From assembly GCA_021781955.1 (NCBI GenBank), contig JAJXVV010000001.1, positions 26,688-90,687 on the forward strand: a stretch of DNA of 64,000 nt, written 5' to 3'. The notes beneath the pieces were generated by a model that worked only from the letters and a program-made list of their open reading frames with translations, was not told the origin of the DNA and did no database searches. The translations under genes and the position numbers were made by a program. This document shows positions 60,250 to 64,000 of this stretch, one piece after another; position 1 is the first letter of the stretch, and each line of letters begins with the position of its first letter. This DNA comes from a bacterium. Its GTDB lineage: Bacteria > Patescibacteriota > Minisyncoccia > Phycocordibacterales > UBA2100.

Positions 60250-61263
60250 TCAGATCATCTCCTTCGATTCCGAGAAAAACATATTCTCTCGTTTGATGCC
60301 GAACGAGGCGAGGCGATCGCGGACGAACGAGACGAAGGCTTGCTCGGCGGGAAAGTCGACGACCTTGCCATCATCGATGACCGCCCATTGGCCCGCTCGC
60401 CGCAACACGTCGAGCTTGTTGAGGACGAGGTGCGTGACACCGTTCATGCGCACGGCTTGCTCAAGCGTCCGCAGATGCATCCAATTGATCTTGCGGCGGC
60501 GACCCGTGGTCGCGCCAAACTCCTCGCCAAGATCGCCGATCCGGTCGAATATCGCGCCCTCCGGCTGGAACGGCTTGGCGCCCACGTACGTTTCGTACAC
60601 TTTCGCAACGCCCCACACGTCGCGCAGCGACTGCGGCGGCAAACCATTGAGGAGCGCGCCTGCCGAGGTGACATGCGATGATGTGACGAACGGGTAGTCG
60701 CCCCAATCAATGTCGAGGCCAAAGCCTTGCGCGCCTTCCGCAAGGATGGAAATATCGCCGCTCGAGGTGAACCATTCGTCATAAAGGTCGATGAGGTATG
60801 GCGCGAGATCGGGCACGTCCTGCGCGCGCACTCCCGTCCGACCGTACTTGTCGCGGTACGCCGGGCCGTTACCACAGCCGGTCGTGCCGATCGCGCCGCC
60901 CTTTTGCCTGTCTTCTTCTTTGTGCGCCTGCGTGATGACGTGCGCGTTCTTCGCGACGAACACCTTTCCCTTCGGGTCAATGCCGCCTGCTTCCAGCATC
61001 GCGAGCTCGGCAAAGAATTGTTCGGGATCGAGCACGCAACCTGAACCGATAATGCTCGCGATGCCGAAAAAGACTCCCGCCGGTATCTGGTGGGTAACGA
61101 ATTTCCTCCCCTCGTGGAAGATGGTGTGGCCCGCGTTGGCGCCACCGTTGTAACGCAACACGTGCGTGTACGCGTTGGTGCGGGCGAGATGGTGGGCGAC
61201 CTTGCCTTTGCCGCAATCTCCGTACTGGAGATCGACGATGACGTCCAGCGTTATCTTTGGCAC
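60250..61263 (-). CDS. purA: Adenylosuccinate synthetase (short form)
   Basis: QYGDCGKGK, GGANAGHT, EGAQG, DYPFVTSS, GATTGRRR, NKLDVL; GTG start inferred. Confidence 0.93.
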   Translation of the reverse strand: MPKITLDVIVDLQYGDCGKGKVAHHLARTNAYTHVLRYNGGANAGHTIFHEGRKFVTHQIPAGVFFGIASIIGSGCVLDPEQFFAELAMLEAGGIDPKGKVFVAKNAHVITQAHKEEDRQKGGAIGTTGCGNGPAYRDKYGRTGVRAQDVPDLAPYLIDLYDEWFTSSGDISILAEGAQGFGLDIDWGDYPFVTSSHVTSAGALLNGLPPQSLRDVWGVAKVYETYVGAKPFQPEGAIFDRIGDLGEEFGATTGRRRKINWMHLRTLEQAVRMNGVTHLVLNKLDVLRRAGQWAVIDDGKVVDFPAEQAFVSFVRDRLASFGIKRENMFFSESKEMI

Positions 61264-61385
61264 GCGCCCCAGTCTACCACGATGAACGAAGGCGGCCCTG
61301 CTAGAACAAACGCGGGTAGCGCCGGACAAGGCGGGCGAGCACGAGGGTCCGCGACATAAGCTCGCCGAGCATGCGCGGAGGGTGA

Positions 61386-62618
61386 TTAGAATGGGTTACG
61401 GATGCCGTTACGAATTTCAAAGTGGACATGCGGGCCGGTCGCTTCGCCCGTTTCGCCGACATACCCGATGACCTGCCCCTGCACGACGCGCGCGCCGTCG
61501 TAGGTCGCGACCTTCGACATGTGCGCGTAGAGCGTTTGCGACCCGTTGTCATGGCTGATGACGACGTAGTTGCCGTACCCGCCGTTCCAGCCGCCTTCCT
61601 TGGCGACGACGACATCGCCGGATGCCGATGCGACGATGGGCGTGCCGATCGGGGCGGCGAGGTCGACCGCGTTGTAGCCGTGGATGCCCTGCGTGCGCAC
61701 GTAGTGCGCCAAGGGCGGAATGTAATACGAGGTCTGCGCGAGCGTGCCAGGAGCGCCGACATTGTGCGCGGGTTCGCGCGGGTTATTAGCGAAGATCGTC
61801 GACGGGCCGGTCAGCCCCCTTGATCTGCCTCCGGACACGAGATGCGACCTGGATGTCGTCCGTGACGGGCTCTCGGTCGGTATCGGCGCGGACGCTTCCG
61901 CGTTCGGAACAATAATGACCGTACCTGGGACAAGGGTCGTGTCCACGAGGTCGTTGTACGCGGTTATCTCGGCCGCATCGCCGCCGAGCTTCTTGGCAAT
62001 GCTTTCGACCGTGTCGCCTTTCTGTACCGTGTAATCGATCCCTGTGACGGGAAGGATGATGAGTTTCTGCCCGATCTGGAGCGTGCCCTGAGGCGTGAGG
62101 TCATTCGCCGAGAGGATCGTTCCTTTCGAGACGCCGAAGAGCTGCGCGATCGACAAGACCGTGTCGCCCGAGCGCACGATATACGTGCTCACCGTGGCGA
62201 CCTTCGGCTTCTCGATATCGGCTATGGTACCCGATGGCCCCTCCTCGGGGACGAGAGCGGAATTATCCGCGATCGTGATGCCCCCGCCTCCGGTCGCCGG
62301 TGCCGGGTTCAAGTTCATGGCCGGCTCAAGAATATTCATCGTCTGCAAATTACCGGTCGCCGACGCATCAATCGTGAAGCTGCCCGCATCGATCGCCCTT
62401 TGTATCGAACTGAAGAACGTATCGAGGACGGAGGCGCGAGCAGTGGAGGGGAGCAGGACGCCAAGCACGAGGAAAAGCGATATCAGCGTAACTGCTCGCG
62501 CAGCAGCATATACGCGGCCCGCATGCGCGGACCGAGCTGATCTATATTTCCTGTGGCGCGAACGCTCGCCCGCGTGAGGTTGATGAGGTGAATCTAAAAT
62601 AAGCCTAAAGTAAGCCAC
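61386..62618 (-). CDS. LysM-containing M23 peptidase
   Basis: Two LysM repeats; HGYNAVD, TLYAH, TGPHVHFE; start uncertain. Confidence 0.92.
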   Translation of the reverse strand: MAYFRLILDSPHQPHAGERSRHRKYRSARSAHAGRVYAAARAVTLISLFLVLGVLLPSTARASVLDTFFSSIQRAIDAGSFTIDASATGNLQTMNILEPAMNLNPAPATGGGGITIADNSALVPEEGPSGTIADIEKPKVATVSTYIVRSGDTVLSIAQLFGVSKGTILSANDLTPQGTLQIGQKLIILPVTGIDYTVQKGDTVESIAKKLGGDAAEITAYNDLVDTTLVPGTVIIVPNAEASAPIPTESPSRTTSRSHLVSGGRSRGLTGPSTIFANNPREPAHNVGAPGTLAQTSYYIPPLAHYVRTQGIHGYNAVDLAAPIGTPIVASASGDVVVAKEGGWNGGYGNYVVISHDNGSQTLYAHMSKVATYDGARVVQGQVIGYVGETGEATGPHVHFEIRNGIRNPF

Positions 62619-62797
62619 GGTACGGCCGAGTGCCTGAAATATGGCTCTAATGCTTGCTTTTTTGCAAGAGCCGGAAGGATATAGGTACCGCTTGGCTCAC
62701 TTTACCTTTATGGGGATAAACGAGTCAACGGCCTTTAGATGGGACGGGTGAATAGCCGGTGTGTCAAGCTTCTTTGCCAATGTGCTATCATACGCCG

Positions 62798-64000
62798 GTG
62801 CAACACTTAGAGGGCTTAAATAAGCCACAAAAAGAGGCTGTCCTTCATACTGAGGGGCCGCTCCTCATCGTCGCTGGTGCGGGTGCAGGCAAGACTAAGA
62901 CCATAACTCACCGCATTGCGCAACTTGTTGAGTCCGGCGTGTCAGCCCATCACATTCTCGCGCTCACTTTTACCAATAAGGCAGCGGGCGAGATGCGAGA
63001 GCGGGTGCGTAAGCTCCTCACGGGCCGCGGCAGCATGCCCCTTCTCACGACCTTCCATTCGCTCGGCGTGCGGATACTGCGTGAATTCCACCAAGAGGCA
63101 GGCATTCCGCGCGCGTTCAGTATCTGGGACCGCGATGACAGCATACGGGCGATCAAGGGTATCCTCGCAACGCTCGGCTCCGACCAGGCGCCCAAGGGCA
63201 TCTTGGCCGCCATCTCTCGGCAAAAAGGGGACGGCGTCTCGGGAGCCGAGTACGCGGCACGGGCTCAAAGCTACCGACAGCAGCTCGTCGCCCGCACCTG
63301 GGACCTTTACGAACAGGAGCTCCGCAAGCAGGGCGCGCTCGATTTCGACGACCTCTTGCTGCGCACGCTCCGCCTCTTGGAGGAGAAATCCGCCGTGCGC
63401 TCGCTCTTGCAGGATCGGTGGCGGTACTTGACCATCGACGAATATCAGGACACCAATCGCTCGCAGTACGAGATCGCCCGGCTCTTGGCAGGGGAACGGC
63501 GCAATCTCTGCGTCGTCGGCGACACCGATCAGAACATTTATAGCTGGCGCGGCGCCGACATCGAGCACCTGCTCGGCTTCGAGGTCGCGTTCCCGGGCAC
63601 CAAGGTAGTCGTGCTCGAACAGAATTACCGCTCGACGCGCACCATCCTCTCGGCGGCTAATTCGGTCATCGCAAAGAACGTGCGCCGCAAAGAAAAACAC
63701 CTTTTCACTGAGAACGAGACCGGCGACCCTATCGTCGTGTATGGCGCGCAGAACGAACTCGATGAGGCGTGGTTCGTCGCGCACAGCATCATGCGGCTCA
63801 TCGAGGAAGGCACCACGCCCGGCGAGATCGCGGTCCTCTACCGCGAGAACTTCCAATCGCGCGTGCTCGAGGAAGCCTGTTTGCACCTCGGCGTGCCGTA
63901 TCGCGTGCTCGGCGTCCGCTTCTTCGAGCGCAAAGAGGTGAAGGACGTGCTCTCGTACCTGCGCGCTGCTCTCAACCCGAAAAGTAACGCCGATCTCGCC
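62798..64000 (+). CDS. pcrA: UvrD/PcrA helicase (runs off the window)
   Basis: Hand translation from GTG: LEGLNKPQKEAV...AGAGAGKT...LTFTNKAA...DEYQDTN...VGDTDQNIYSWRGA; absent from the ORF track because truncated. Confidence 0.93.
   Translation, partial: MQHLEGLNKPQKEAVLHTEGPLLIVAGAGAGKTKTITHRIAQLVESGVSAHHILALTFTNKAAGEMRERVRKLLTGRGSMPLLTTFHSLGVRILREFHQEAGIPRAFSIWDRDDSIRAIKGILATLGSDQAPKGILAAISRQKGDGVSGAEYAARAQSYRQQLVARTWDLYEQELRKQGALDFDDLLLRTLRLLEEKSAVRSLLQDRWRYLTIDEYQDTNRSQYEIARLLAGERRNLCVVGDTDQNIYSWRGADIEHLLGFEVAFPGTKVVVLEQNYRSTRTILSAANSVIAKNVRRKEKHLFTENETGDPIVVYGAQNELDEAWFVAHSIMRLIEEGTTPGEIAVLYRENFQSRVLEEACLHLGVPYRVLGVRFFERKEVKDVLSYLRAALNPKSNADLA

Overview
Bacterial chromosomal window with high-GC core genes. 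The gene set and features (fragmented str operon, trigger factor lacking its FKBP domain, split ComEC, PilB/PilC, TrmB-type regulator, many orphan secreted proteins, many apparently leaderless genes) suggest a Patescibacteria/CPR, Parcubacteria-like genome; this is inference, not a database result. Core genes: tuf, fusA, rpsG, rpsL, rpmB, sod, comEC, rnhA, recJ, pgk, tpiA, pilC, pilB, nusA, ppa, tig, clpP, rny, HU, yraN, CCA enzyme, xth, Xer recombinase, rarA, rpsO, pnp, comM, purA, an M23 peptidase and a partial UvrD/PcrA helicase, plus three tRNAs (Gly-TCC, Gly-GCC, Arg-TCG). The best candidate for a new system is a minus-strand cluster at 20483-22382. It encodes a coiled-coil/E2-like protein, a ThiF/E1-like enzyme, and a 55-aa low-complexity peptide ending in Gly that is absent from the ORF track, i.e. 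a possible ubiquitin-like conjugation (or RiPP) system with a Pup-like, non-beta-grasp tag. Also notable: an NMNAT-like + Nudix cassette flanked by a 260-bp direct repeat of the tuf 3' end; two paralogous glycine-rich adhesin/cupredoxin-like gene pairs; a palindrome family linked to DnaA boxes, with one copy in frame inside rarA; parS-like and DnaA-box clusters at yraN; and structured leaders before rny and pnp. All calls come from manual motif reading; no searches were run.
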